Positions 7,851 to 17,866 of a DNA stretch of 64,000 bases are shown in pieces (the stretch's first letter is position 1; each line of letters starts with the position of its first letter). This DNA is from Thermoanaerobaculia bacterium. Lineage in GTDB: Bacteria > Acidobacteriota > Thermoanaerobaculia > Multivoradales > JAIOJS01. The stretch is from the NCBI GenBank assembly GCA_030429235.1, contig JAUIDB010000010.1, forward strand, positions 13,334 to 77,333. Reading direction: 5' to 3'. Made by a program: the position numbers and the translations under genes. The notes under the pieces were generated by a model that saw only the letters and a program-made list of their open reading frames with translations, made no database searches and was not told where the DNA came from.

Positions 7851-10577
7851 ATGAACAGAGACGGGGATCAGGGTGTCCCATCGGTTCCGAGCCCGGCCCT
7901 AGCAGCCGGAGCCACCTTCCGCTCCCGCTACGAGATCGTCGAACGGCTCGGTCAGGGCGGCTACGCCGAGGTGTACCGGGCTCAGGATCTAGAGATCGAT
8001 CGCGAGGTCGCCTTGAAGATCCTGCGGCCGGATCGGACGAGTGACGCTTCGGTACGCCGGCTGAAGCGGGAGGCGGCGGTGGCCCGGGATGTGGAGAGTC
8101 CTCATCTGGTTCGGGTCTTCGAGGTGGATACGTCGACTCTGCCGGCGTTTCTCACCATGGAGGTGGTGGAGGGGGGCAGCCTGCTGGAGGAGATCGCGGC
8201 GGGCCCGGTGCCGATCGAGCGGGTGCTGGAGGTGGCGCGGCAGGTACTCCTCGGGTTGGAAGCGCTGCACGGAATGGGGATCCTGCACCGGGACATCAAG
8301 CCCAGCAACGTGATGATCACGTCGGACGGCCAGGTGAAGCTGGCCGACTTTGGGATGGTCCACCAACTCTCGCGAGAGTCGACGCGGCTGACCGAGTCTT
8401 CGGCCATCGTGGGGACGATCGACTACGTGGCTCCGGAGACGGTTCTCGGCGATCCGCCCGACGGTCGAGCCGATCTCTACGGGCTCGGGTTGTTGCTGTT
8501 CGAGATGCTCACGGGGAGCCTGCCCTTCGGTGACTCCCCTTCGGCTCTCGGCGCTGCGTTGGAGCGCCTGCACCGATCACCGCCTCGGGTGGTACCGCTC
8601 CGACCAGAGACCCCCCGTTGGCTAGAGAAGGTCGTCCTGAGGCTCCTCGAACGACGTCCGGAAGACCGTTTCGCGAGTGCCGAGGCCGTGCGCCGCGCCT
8701 TGCGCGAGCATCGTGTGCCGCGATCTCGTCGGGTGTGGCGACGGAACGCCTGGCTGGCGGCGGGGATCGTGCTGGCCAGTGTCGCGAGCGCCTGGGTGCT
8801 GGCGAGGATAGGGGGATCGATCCCGGTCCTCTCGCACATCACGGCGCAGGAACCGGAGCCGGGCCTCTTCGGGCTCTCGGCTGACGGTGAGGTGCTGTGG
8901 CATCGGCCCGACCTGAGGTCCGGTTGGTGGGTCACTGCCCAGTCGAGTTCGGGGGGCGGACCGATTCCCCTCGGGTTGCGGGCCGGGGCCGGGCCACAGG
9001 ATCTGGAGGTGCTGCACCAGTTGCTGGTTCTCGATCCCACCAGCGGGGAGACGGTGGACCGAGTGACGCTGCCTTCGGCGGGAGATGAGTTTCCCGGTTT
9101 TGCACCGCGGTTCCAGCCGGAACTCCACGCGGTCGACATCGATGGAGATGGCGGCGAGGAGGTGGTGGTCACCTACTTTCACACCTACTGGCCCTCGTAC
9201 ACCGTGGTCTATGAACCCAGATGGCGCCGGGCGCGGGTGGCGCTGTTGGCGGCGGGGCACCACCGCCCGGTCGGCGTGGCCGACGTGGATTCTGACGGCA
9301 ACAACGAACTGATCTTCCTGGGAGTTTCGAACCGCATGGGTTGGTACGCTGGGCTGGCCGCAGTTTCGATGGTGCCTCCGATCAACCGGCCGGGAGAGGC
9401 GACGCTGAGTACGGCGGCGGCCACGACGCCGGACGGCTACTTCCTCAGGCGATGGCGGGGCATGGTTTGGTACGCGCTCGCTCCGCCCGGGATCTGGTGC
9501 TCCGGGATCGGCACCTGTACCGAAGTGGACCCCGATGCTCGTGAGATTCGCCTGGAACCCCCCGGCGGCTCGCAAGTGCGCTACTCGTTCGACGGGTACC
9601 TAGTGGAAGACCGGGTCTCCGGCCTCGATTCGGCGGAGCGGAACCGCCGCCGGGGTCGCGCCTACAAGCACCTGGAGGAAGCGGGGCGGCTGCTCGATTC
9701 GCGGCTCGAAGATTGGGGCGAGGAGGAGGCCGAGCGAGCGGTGGAGTTGGCTCGTACGGTCCGCGACCGCTTCCTTACCGACTGGGCCCTGCGCACGCTG
9801 GGGAGGATCGTGATCGAGCGCGGACGAATCGAGGAAGGAGAGCAGATCTTCGAACAACTCTCGGTCGACTCTCCAGCTGCTACCAGCGCCGCCTTCGAGG
9901 CCGCCCACGCGCTGCAATTGGCTGGCCGCCCGGATCGCTCTCTCGATTGGTACCCGCGGGCCTTCGGCGCCGCTGGGGACTGGGGACCGGGCCGCAGTCG
10001 CGACCGGCTGGTTCGGGGGTTGTTGTTGGCCTACAGCGAGATCGGTGACTACGAAGGAGCACAGAAGGCCCTCGACCGGTTCAGCAATCCCGGGCAGATC
10101 ACGTCGCGAATCGACACGTATCTGAGGCCCTACGTCGCCTGGCGGATGGAGGATCGATCCGTAGCCCCCATGCCCTACCGCGCGGGGAACCCCGATCTGG
10201 AGGTCTATTGGAGCCTCGAGCAGGCGCTGGCTCACGGTACCGAACTCGAAGTCCTTTGGGAACGGGTGCAACTCGCCATGGACCAGAGTTCGGAGGAATT
10301 GCCTTTGCTGCAGAATCTGGCCGGTGAGATCCAATGGAAGATGGGTCGCCGTGCGGAGGCTTTGGTCTGGTTCGAGAGGGCTTTCGCGGGAGGTGAAGCG
10401 GAGCTCGAGCGGAGTATCTCGGTCCGTGCCCACTTCGATCTGATCGTCAGCCGACTGCTGCGGGGAGTCCGCGACGCAGGCCTCGAGACCAGAAGCAGAG
10501 AGATCGCGAGCGTGGCGGAAGCCTGGGATTCTCATCAGCGGCAGCTGCGTCATCTCATGTCTGTCAGAGGGCAGTAA
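7851..10577 (+). CDS. Transmembrane Hanks-type Ser/Thr protein kinase with FG-GAP-like extracytoplasmic region and TPR-like C-terminus
   Basis: GQGGYAEVY, VALK, HRDIKPSNVMI, DFG and APE motifs. One TM helix (AWLAAGIVLASVASAWVLA). VDIDGDGGEEVVV and ADVDSDGNNELIFLG are FG-GAP-like. The track ORF starts at 7575 and would overlap the divergent gene, so ATG 7851 (or 7821) is preferred. Confidence 0.85.
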   Translation: MNRDGDQGVPSVPSPALAAGATFRSRYEIVERLGQGGYAEVYRAQDLEIDREVALKILRPDRTSDASVRRLKREAAVARDVESPHLVRVFEVDTSTLPAFLTMEVVEGGSLLEEIAAGPVPIERVLEVARQVLLGLEALHGMGILHRDIKPSNVMITSDGQVKLADFGMVHQLSRESTRLTESSAIVGTIDYVAPETVLGDPPDGRADLYGLGLLLFEMLTGSLPFGDSPSALGAALERLHRSPPRVVPLRPETPRWLEKVVLRLLERRPEDRFASAEAVRRALREHRVPRSRRVWRRNAWLAAGIVLASVASAWVLARIGGSIPVLSHITAQEPEPGLFGLSADGEVLWHRPDLRSGWWVTAQSSSGGGPIPLGLRAGAGPQDLEVLHQLLVLDPTSGETVDRVTLPSAGDEFPGFAPRFQPELHAVDIDGDGGEEVVVTYFHTYWPSYTVVYEPRWRRARVALLAAGHHRPVGVADVDSDGNNELIFLGVSNRMGWYAGLAAVSMVPPINRPGEATLSTAAATTPDGYFLRRWRGMVWYALAPPGIWCSGIGTCTEVDPDAREIRLEPPGGSQVRYSFDGYLVEDRVSGLDSAERNRRRGRAYKHLEEAGRLLDSRLEDWGEEEAERAVELARTVRDRFLTDWALRTLGRIVIERGRIEEGEQIFEQLSVDSPAATSAAFEAAHALQLAGRPDRSLDWYPRAFGAAGDWGPGRSRDRLVRGLLLAYSEIGDYEGAQKALDRFSNPGQITSRIDTYLRPYVAWRMEDRSVAPMPYRAGNPDLEVYWSLEQALAHGTELEVLWERVQLAMDQSSEELPLLQNLAGEIQWKMGRRAEALVWFERAFAGGEAELERSISVRAHFDLIVSRLLRGVRDAGLETRSREIASVAEAWDSHQRQLRHLMSVRGQ

Positions 10578-10638
10578 GTAGCGACTGTGCTATTCTGAGC
10601 GCACTTTCCGATCCGAGAAGAAGGGGGAGGCCTCACGC

Positions 10639-12414
10639 ATGCTGCGTTTTGTCGCCCGGAACGAGGGCCAGGAGCGTCGATTTCCGATCGCGGCCGATGG
10701 CGTGTGGACCGTAGGCTCGGCGATCGAGTGCGAACTCTCTGTCCCCTTCGACGGGGTCTCGCGGCGGCATGCCAGCCTCGAGCGCCGGGGAAGCCGAGTC
10801 TGGCTCACGGATTGTGGTTCCAAGAACGGCCTCAGGGTGGAGGGGCGGGTCGAGGCGCAGATCGAACTGCTGCCAGGGATTCGGGTAGACCTCGGTGGCA
10901 CGGTGGTCGAGATCGAAGAGGCAGCGTCGTCGGATACACGATTCGCGGTCGAGCTGCGGCGTTCGTCGAGCGTGGCTTCTCGACTGCGCACCAGTACGGC
11001 GGGAGCGATGGCCGGCGACGGACGTTCTTCACCCGCTGCCGCGCTCGCCTTCGTTCGGCGGTTCGAGCGAGCGTCGCTCCAACCGGGCTCGGAACTCTGG
11101 TCGCGACTCGTCGCCGAGACTCTGGAGATCCTCGAGGCCGAAACCGTGGCGGTGCTGCAGCGGGTTCCCGGGGAGCCTCGCGAGGTGTTGGAACAGTGCT
11201 GGGGCAGGCACCGGGTGCCAGGAGCCGAGGTAGAGGATCCGTGGAGCGCGGCCCAGCTCTCGGCCGAACTGGAAGGGGAATCGGCCAGAATCGTGGCCAT
11301 CCTGGGCCAGGGGGCCAAGGTCGATCGCTGGAAGGAGGACTTCTTCTCCTACCTGGCGACCCGCTGGCAGGAGCAGCGTCACGACCCTCCCGCTCCTCGC
11401 GCCCAGCCGGCCCAGGTCGAGCCGGAACGAGGCCCCGTGGTTCTCGGGCGCTCCGCCGCCATGGTAGAGGTCGAAACGCTGGCTCGGGCCGCGGCCGAGA
11501 GTGGTCTCAACGTCGTGCTCCTCGGCGAGACGGGGACCGGCAAGGAGGTTCTCTCACGCTTCATCCATCGTCTGCGTGCCACCGGGAAGGGTGAGCTGGT
11601 AGCGATCAACTGCGCTGCGATTCCCTCCGAACTCCTCGAAGCCGAACTCTTTGGCGTTGCCAGCCGAGTGGCGACCGGCGTAGATCCCCGCGAGGGGCTC
11701 TTCGTGCGCGCCCACGGGGGAACCCTTCTCCTGGACGAGATTGGCGAGATGCCCTACACGCTGCAGGCGAAACTGCTGCGAGCGCTCCAGGAGCGGGAGG
11801 TCATGCCGGTGGGAGGGCGACGGCCGATGCCGGTCGATCTTCGAGTCATCTCGACGACGCACCGTCCCCTGGCTCGGCTCGTGGCCGAGAAGAAGTTTCG
11901 CGCTGATCTCTACTACCGACTCCGCGGACTCGAGATCTGGCTTCCACCCCTCCGAGAGCGACTCGAAGACATTCCGGAGTTCGCCACTCTCTTTGCCCAG
12001 AGAGCAGCCCGTGCTTCGGGAAAGCGGGTCCGCGGGATCACCGAGCGTGCGCTGCGGCTTCTTACCTGCCACCGCTGGCCCGGCAACGTGCGGGAACTCG
12101 AGACCGACATGGAACGCGCTGTGGCGTTGTGTGCCGACGGAGGCAGCATCGACTCGCGGCTCTTCTCCCACCTGGATCCAGTCGCGGGACGACCTAGTTC
12201 CGTCTCGGTGCTCGAAGCCCCGACCTCGAGGGCCGTGGCGCCCAAGGCTGGCCACTCTACGGTCACACTGCGGGAGGAACTCGACGCTACCGAGCGCGAG
12301 CGAATCCGACGAGAGCTGGCGCTTTCGGGCGGCAACAAGTCGGAGGCCGCTCGAAGGCTCGGGGTGACCTGGAATGGGCTGGTGATGAAGATGAAGCGAT
12401 TGGGGTTACGGTAG
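10639..12414 (+). CDS. FHA-domain sigma-54-type enhancer-binding protein (AAA+) with Fis-type HTH and degenerate GAFTGA loop
   Basis: N-terminal FHA signature (GSAIECELSVPFDGVSRRHASLERRGSRVWLTDCGSKNGLRVEG). Walker A GETGTGKE and Walker B LLLDEIGEM. C-terminal HTH LSGGNKSEAARRLGVTWNGLVMKMKRLGL. The position normally occupied by GAFTGA reads RVATGV (nt 11665-11682). Confidence 0.85.
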   Translation: MLRFVARNEGQERRFPIAADGVWTVGSAIECELSVPFDGVSRRHASLERRGSRVWLTDCGSKNGLRVEGRVEAQIELLPGIRVDLGGTVVEIEEAASSDTRFAVELRRSSSVASRLRTSTAGAMAGDGRSSPAAALAFVRRFERASLQPGSELWSRLVAETLEILEAETVAVLQRVPGEPREVLEQCWGRHRVPGAEVEDPWSAAQLSAELEGESARIVAILGQGAKVDRWKEDFFSYLATRWQEQRHDPPAPRAQPAQVEPERGPVVLGRSAAMVEVETLARAAAESGLNVVLLGETGTGKEVLSRFIHRLRATGKGELVAINCAAIPSELLEAELFGVASRVATGVDPREGLFVRAHGGTLLLDEIGEMPYTLQAKLLRALQEREVMPVGGRRPMPVDLRVISTTHRPLARLVAEKKFRADLYYRLRGLEIWLPPLRERLEDIPEFATLFAQRAARASGKRVRGITERALRLLTCHRWPGNVRELETDMERAVALCADGGSIDSRLFSHLDPVAGRPSSVSVLEAPTSRAVAPKAGHSTVTLREELDATERERIRRELALSGGNKSEAARRLGVTWNGLVMKMKRLGLR

Positions 12415-12466
12415 TTTAGAGAGCAGGGCCCCTGATTGCGGACGGGTGGTCGATGAGCCCGGCTCC

Positions 12467-13345
12467 TTATGCCACCAGCAAAGCCTTGGCCAGCGCCGCT
12501 CGCAGCTTTCCGAACACCACGGCGAGGTACATCAGGAGGAGCCCGATCGCCACCGTGGTTAGCCAGAGGCCGGGGAAGATCCACCAGGGCACGAACCACT
12601 CGAGCGAACCGAGGACCACGAGAGGGCGGTCGAAGATCAGCTGGGCGAAGGGACCGATGAAGCAGGAGAGGGCCAGACTGAGCAGGGTGACCGAGACGAC
12701 GAAGGTGAGAATGCCGAGTGGCAGGGAGAGCAGGCAGTAGAGCAGGGTCTTCCAGGTGAGGGAGTCGGTGAGCCAGTACCTGGCCTTGGGGAGCCAGCCC
12801 GTTTCGGTGGGCAGCGAGACCGGCCGTCGTGGCATGCGCACGCCGATCAACGCCTCGAGCAGACGCCCCTCTACCAATCCCAGCATGCGCAGGGACATGG
12901 CGAACCCGATGAAGAACGGCACGCCGAAGATGAGGATGCCGAACCCCAGGGACATCGACAGGCCGACCACCGCCCAGGTGAAGTAGAAGAGCCCGGTCAG
13001 GAGACCGAATAGCATGAGGAAGAGGGCCCCGTAGGCTTTGGGATCGATCAGCATGCCGAGGGTTCCGCTGAGGAAACTGACCACCGGCGCCGGGGTTTCG
13101 AGGGCCTTGGAGACCGTGATCTCGGTGGCCCGGTAGGAGGCGGCGACCTCCTGGGGCGACCCAAAACCGGCGATCGCACGGTCGACCAGCTCCTGCTCGG
13201 TGAGGTCACTCGCGGAAGAAGAACGCTCACTGCGCAGGAACTCGTCGACGTCGTAGAGAGCGTCCTGAACCATCGCAGGGTCGCTGGCGGTGAGTGCGAG
13301 GCGAATGGCATTGCGGTACTGTTCGGTGGTCTTGATACGAGTCAT
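12467..13345 (-). CDS. PadR-associated membrane protein (N-terminal helical domain plus multi-pass sensor-like membrane domain)
   Basis: Its start overlaps the PadR stop by 4 nt. The soluble N-terminal ~90 aa are followed by 5-6 hydrophobic helices, an architecture typical of genes co-transcribed with PadR regulators. Confidence 0.7.
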   Translation of the reverse strand: MTRIKTTEQYRNAIRLALTASDPAMVQDALYDVDEFLRSERSSSASDLTEQELVDRAIAGFGSPQEVAASYRATEITVSKALETPAPVVSFLSGTLGMLIDPKAYGALFLMLFGLLTGLFYFTWAVVGLSMSLGFGILIFGVPFFIGFAMSLRMLGLVEGRLLEALIGVRMPRRPVSLPTETGWLPKARYWLTDSLTWKTLLYCLLSLPLGILTFVVSVTLLSLALSCFIGPFAQLIFDRPLVVLGSLEWFVPWWIFPGLWLTTVAIGLLLMYLAVVFGKLRAALAKALLVA

Positions 13346-13830
13346 GAGTCGGTCTCCTGAGTGGTGTCGTGCTGGGAGGCTTCGACCGCCCGACGGATCT
13401 GGTCACCGCCGTCGAGGACCCGGTCGACGAAGTTTCTGGTATCGGTCCAGGCCGCTTCGATCAGCTCGAGGGCCTCGTGGCCGAGCGGGGTTACCTGGTA
13501 GTAGCGCCTAGGGGGGCCCGAATCGGAGGGCTCGAGGGAGCTGCTCAACAGCCCCTCGCGTTCGAGCGATCGCAGCACCGGGTAGAGCGTCCCCTGCTTC
13601 ATCGGCAGGGGAGCGCGGGTAACCTGCTCTAGGATCTTGGACAGCTGGTAGCCGTACATCGGCTGCTCGGCCCGGGCCAGCAGGGCGAGCAGGGTCACAC
13701 TGACCGAACCGGCATTGAGCTGACGTTGGATCTTGGCCACGGCGGGCGGGTAGTCGGTTTCGTGCATAGAGGGTTCCCCGTGGGTCGGAGTGGCGGCACC
13801 TGGCTGTGCCTCGGTCTCTAGTACGATCAT
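13342..13830 (-). CDS. PadR family transcriptional regulator
   Basis: Winged-helix signature SVSVTLLALLARAEQPMYGYQLSKILE...KQGTLYPVLRSLEREGLL...RRYYQVTPLG. An alternative start at 13767 (MHETDYPP) is possible. Confidence 0.85.
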   Translation of the reverse strand: MIVLETEAQPGAATPTHGEPSMHETDYPPAVAKIQRQLNAGSVSVTLLALLARAEQPMYGYQLSKILEQVTRAPLPMKQGTLYPVLRSLEREGLLSSSLEPSDSGPPRRYYQVTPLGHEALELIEAAWTDTRNFVDRVLDGGDQIRRAVEASQHDTTQETDS

Positions 13831-13835
13831 ACTAG
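13818..13835. promoter_or_regulatory. Imperfect palindrome at the PadR 5' end (candidate operator)
   Basis: CTAGTA-cgatca-TACTAG has perfect 6-bp arms. It sits in an AT-richer patch between the divergent PadR operon and the ELWxxDGT gene. Confidence 0.3.
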
Positions 13836-14029
13836 TAGAAGGTTTCTAATAGCTAGTCGGCAATAGGGTGGACCAGGGTTGCCGCCTACGGGCTGATCCC
13901 GTCCGCGCGGGTTCTGAGAGTCCCAGAGCAGCGTCGCCCCTGTCTGCCAACTCGGCGAGAGGACGGGCGACAGTAGGCAGTTCGACTCTGGTAGAGTGTC
14001 GATGAGGCGACAGTAGTGAGGATTCACAT

Positions 14030-16819
14030 ATGAGGAACAACGGCAGGGTGCAATCTCGACGCCGGTTCCTTCACAGATTGGGGATTGCGTGGGCGCTGGC
14101 TGGACTGCTCGCCAGTGCGACCGGACTCAGGGCGGGTGAGTCGGCGCCTGCGGCGATGGCGGCTGATCTCGGCGAGATTCCAGGGTGGACGTTTCTCGAT
14201 GCGGCGCCCGGGGGCTTTCAGGAACTCGACGGGATCGTCTACTTCTTTGCGCATGACGGTGTTCACGGGCAGGAACTCTGGCGAACCGATCTGACGGAGG
14301 CCGGTACCTGGATGGTCGAGGACATCTGTCCTGGCTTCTGTCACGGCATGACCAATGGCCCGCCGATGGTTCAGAGCGGTGGGGCGCTGTATTTCTTCGC
14401 CGACGACGGGGGGTCCGGGGGGGAGCTGTGGACTTCGCGAGGTACGGCCGAGACAACTCGGATCGTTCGGGACTTGCAGGCCGGCCCGGCCTCCTCCGCT
14501 TGTGGTCAGTTGATCGAGTTCGGAGGCCAGGTCGTGTTCGGTGCTGACGACGGCATCCATGGCTGCGAACTCTGGGTCAAACCCTCTTCGTGGGCGGGAG
14601 TCCAGCTGCTGGTCGATGCAGTTCCCGGCGCCGACTCCGGGTTCTCGTCCGGTTATCGCCGTCTCTTTCCGCTCGACGATCAGCTTCTCTTCTGGTCGCA
14701 GGACTCTCTCTGGACGACGGACGGTACTCCGGCTGGAACCGAGAAGGTCACCGAGGTCGTGGCGAACCTCGACGTGCCTTGGTTTCACGACAACGGCCCA
14801 CGGGCCTTCGACGGCAGGTTGTTTTTTCAAGGCTGGGACGCAGTACATGGCTGGGAACTGTGGGCCACCGACGGAACCGCAGCGGGTACGGGTCTGGTTG
14901 CGGACCTGGTCGCCGGTAGCGGCAGCAGTTCTCCGGACGACTTCGTGGTGCACGCCAGCCAACTCTGGTTCGCAGCCCGGGGCGAGGACCAGGACGGGGA
15001 ACTGTGGCGGAGCGATGGGACCTCGACGGGTACTGCGTTTGTCGCCGATGCGGACTGGGGTCCCCTGGGGAGTACCCCCGCTGGCGTCCTCTACGTGGTG
15101 CACAACGGAGTCCAGAGCGAGCTAAGGATCGCCGACGGGAGTCAGGTGAACACACTGGTCAGCGTAGAGGATGTTTACTTCTACTTCCTCTATCCTCGTC
15201 GACAGCTCGATGGTGGGGTCTTCCTGGCGCTGAACGCGGGGCAAACCGGTCCGGAGCCCTGGATCTCCGAAGGCACTCCCGAGACCACGCGGCTTCTCGC
15301 CGACATCTACCAGGGCGAGGAGGGTTCCATGTTCCTTCCTCTGGACACCGCAATCCAGCTCTCGACGGGAGAGATCCTGTTCAAGGCCTATTCCCCCGAG
15401 ATCGACTACTCGCCCTGGGTCAGCGATCAGACGACGGCTGGCACCCGCCGAATCAAGCGGATCGACGATCAAGTTTCGGCCGGGTATCCGGGACGACGAC
15501 TCCTCTATTCCAGCTTGGCCCCGATCGGACCACGATGCCTGACGAGTCGATACTCTCTGGAGTACAACCGCGAGGAGGCGTGGTCCTCGGCCGGAGACCC
15601 AGCGACGGTGGCTAGGATTCCCGTCCACCAGGGGCCTGGCGCCACGGTGCTTCAGGCAGATCCCGGACCTACTCCTGCCACTCGTTCCCGCGCCATTTTG
15701 AGAGTCCACGGGGAAGAGGGACCCAGCCTGTGGGGCACGGACGGTACGGTTCAGGGAACCGAGGAGATCACCGCGGCTTTCGGTGCGACGAGTCTGGGGC
15801 TCGAACGTTTCGTGGCGACTCCAGATCGCGTCTGGATCCAGAACCACGATCGGGTCTGGAGTACCGATGGAACCCTGGCCGGAACGGTGTGGGTTCCCTC
15901 CTGGAACCAGGTCAGAGACGCTGCCGTCGTCTCTGGCCGCACCTACCTGGCGCTCGGCAACAGCGGGACCGGAGTAGAACTCTGGCTTCAGCACCAAGGG
16001 GCAGCCCCGGTTCCGGTTCGCGACATCGAGCCAGGACCCGATAGTTCCACGCCATCGTGGCTGACGACCGGTTCCGAACCGAACCTCGGGGTCTTCTTCT
16101 TTGCCAGTACTACAGAGACTGGTCGCGAGCCCTGGTTCTCGGATGGAACTGCGGAGGGAACCTACCCGCTCGGGGACATCTTTCCTGGCGAGGAAGACTC
16201 TCGCGAGTTGACTGAGGAGCCCAATTCCGGCGGGGCCGTGGGGGCCTTCCTGGGGTCGACGCTCGTGTTCGCGGCCGATGACGGAGTCCACGGCAACGAA
16301 CTGTGGGCTTCGGATGGGAGTCCCGAGAGTGCGACTCTGCTTCTCGACCTCGTGCCGGGCAACGTGGGAAGCGAACCCGCTTGGTTTACCACCTTCGAGG
16401 ATCGGGTCTACTTCGTGGCCTCCACTCTGGAGCACGGACGAGAGCTCTGGCGGACCGACGGCACTCCGGAAGGCACCGAGATCGTGTTGGATCTGTTCCC
16501 GGGACGGCGTTCCGCTCTGCCCCACGATCTCTTGGTACGTGGTGACACTCTCTTCCTGGTCGCCGCCGACCCCGCCCACGGTTCCGAATTGTGGAGGCTC
16601 GACTCCGAGGGCCTCGAACTGCACCAGGACATCAATCCAGGGCCCGACTCGTCGTCACCGAGCTGGCTGGCGCTCGGTCAAGATCGACTCTGGTTCATGG
16701 CGACGGACGGTGTTCACGGGTTTGAACTCTGGAGCCTTCCGTTTGGGCTACTCTTTGCAGACGGCTTCGAATCTGGGGACGTCACCGCCTGGGGAGAAGC
16801 CGGGTCGGTCGTTCGCTAG
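14030..16819 (+). CDS. ELWxxDGT repeat protein (secreted), with C-terminal FADGFESGD tail
   Basis: Signal peptide, then more than 10 repeats such as GQELWRTD, GGELWTSRGTAETT, GWELWATDGTAAGT, DGELWRSDGTSTGT, GRELWRTDGTPEGT, GSELWRLD, GFELWSL. It ends LLFADGFESGDVTAWGEAGSVVR. Confidence 0.85.
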   Translation: MRNNGRVQSRRRFLHRLGIAWALAGLLASATGLRAGESAPAAMAADLGEIPGWTFLDAAPGGFQELDGIVYFFAHDGVHGQELWRTDLTEAGTWMVEDICPGFCHGMTNGPPMVQSGGALYFFADDGGSGGELWTSRGTAETTRIVRDLQAGPASSACGQLIEFGGQVVFGADDGIHGCELWVKPSSWAGVQLLVDAVPGADSGFSSGYRRLFPLDDQLLFWSQDSLWTTDGTPAGTEKVTEVVANLDVPWFHDNGPRAFDGRLFFQGWDAVHGWELWATDGTAAGTGLVADLVAGSGSSSPDDFVVHASQLWFAARGEDQDGELWRSDGTSTGTAFVADADWGPLGSTPAGVLYVVHNGVQSELRIADGSQVNTLVSVEDVYFYFLYPRRQLDGGVFLALNAGQTGPEPWISEGTPETTRLLADIYQGEEGSMFLPLDTAIQLSTGEILFKAYSPEIDYSPWVSDQTTAGTRRIKRIDDQVSAGYPGRRLLYSSLAPIGPRCLTSRYSLEYNREEAWSSAGDPATVARIPVHQGPGATVLQADPGPTPATRSRAILRVHGEEGPSLWGTDGTVQGTEEITAAFGATSLGLERFVATPDRVWIQNHDRVWSTDGTLAGTVWVPSWNQVRDAAVVSGRTYLALGNSGTGVELWLQHQGAAPVPVRDIEPGPDSSTPSWLTTGSEPNLGVFFFASTTETGREPWFSDGTAEGTYPLGDIFPGEEDSRELTEEPNSGGAVGAFLGSTLVFAADDGVHGNELWASDGSPESATLLLDLVPGNVGSEPAWFTTFEDRVYFVASTLEHGRELWRTDGTPEGTEIVLDLFPGRRSALPHDLLVRGDTLFLVAADPAHGSELWRLDSEGLELHQDINPGPDSSSPSWLALGQDRLWFMATDGVHGFELWSLPFGLLFADGFESGDVTAWGEAGSVVR

Positions 16820-16832
16820 GTCTCTCAGCTAC

Positions 16833-17822
16833 CTAGCGTTCGCCTCGGGACTCGGGCTCCGGGCTCTGCTCTGATTCCAGGCAAAGACTCTCGTCCGGCG
16901 GCGACCACGATCCGTCTCGACAGTAGAGCCAGAGCAGACCAAGGCGGTAGCTGGTGCCGCTGTAGGCGGAGTGGGTGCCGCCGGGAATGGTCAGGACCTC
17001 ATGAGCCCACGGCGCGGTGTCGGCATCCTGCCAGGCGGCGCTCCAGGCCAGGGCGGCCTCTCGGAGCGGTGGGTAGTCCTCGGATCCGCTGGTGACGACC
17101 AGACCCAGATCCTTCCGCTCGGCTGGGGCCGGAGTCGAGAAGTAGAGCTCGCGCCCGGGGTCGAAAGCCGGGTTGTTGGCGATTCGGCCCCAGAAGAGAT
17201 CCGGGTGCCGGAAGGCGGAGTAGAGCACCATCGAGCCCCCGCGGCTCTGTCCGAACAGGATGCGTCGTTCGGGGTCGACTCGGTAGTCCTTCTCGATCCG
17301 TGGGAGGAGTTCGCTGGACAGAAAGCGGTGGAAGTTCTCGGCCCCGCCCCGGGCTGGGTCGCCGTCCGGGGTGGGGGCCGAAAAGTCGAAGCCCCGGCGG
17401 TTGGTGTCGGGGGCGAAGGAGCCGTACGAGATGCCGACCACCACCGCCTCGGGCAATCCGAGGTCGTAGGTCAGGAAGAGATGACTGGCGGCCAGGATCG
17501 GGAAGAGCGAATCGCCATCCAGCACGTAGACCGTGGGGTAGCGGCGATCTGAGTCCGTCTCGTACCCGTCCGGCAGGCGAACGTAGATATGGAACGGCCG
17601 GCCGACCGCGCGCGAGTCGATCCGGAAGTAGCCCCCGGCCAGCGCGGGAAGGTGGTCCAGGGGAGTGGCGGCTTTGGCGACCGCTGGGTTCGGAGTCTGG
17701 TCGCCCGATGCGGGGGCGAGGTTGTCGACGGGGTGGCCCCAACCAGGGGCGCCCAACAGTTCCAAGATCAGCAGGGAACTCGCCAGGACGACGAGGAGGA
17801 TGGCTCTCACCCTGCGGACCAT
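16833..17822 (-). CDS. Secreted alpha/beta hydrolase of the putative-esterase (enterochelin-esterase-like) type
   Basis: Start re-set to MVRRVRAILLVVLASSLLIL (ATG 17822), because the track's N-terminal extension overlaps gene 17867..18415. Motifs RYPTVYVLDGD and GQSRGG (GxSxG). Confidence 0.75.
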   Translation of the reverse strand: MVRRVRAILLVVLASSLLILELLGAPGWGHPVDNLAPASGDQTPNPAVAKAATPLDHLPALAGGYFRIDSRAVGRPFHIYVRLPDGYETDSDRRYPTVYVLDGDSLFPILAASHLFLTYDLGLPEAVVVGISYGSFAPDTNRRGFDFSAPTPDGDPARGGAENFHRFLSSELLPRIEKDYRVDPERRILFGQSRGGSMVLYSAFRHPDLFWGRIANNPAFDPGRELYFSTPAPAERKDLGLVVTSGSEDYPPLREAALAWSAAWQDADTAPWAHEVLTIPGGTHSAYSGTSYRLGLLWLYCRDGSWSPPDESLCLESEQSPEPESRGER

Positions 17823-17866
17823 CCGCCGGCGGGCGGGAGTTCGATGGGTTGGGACTTCACCGGATG

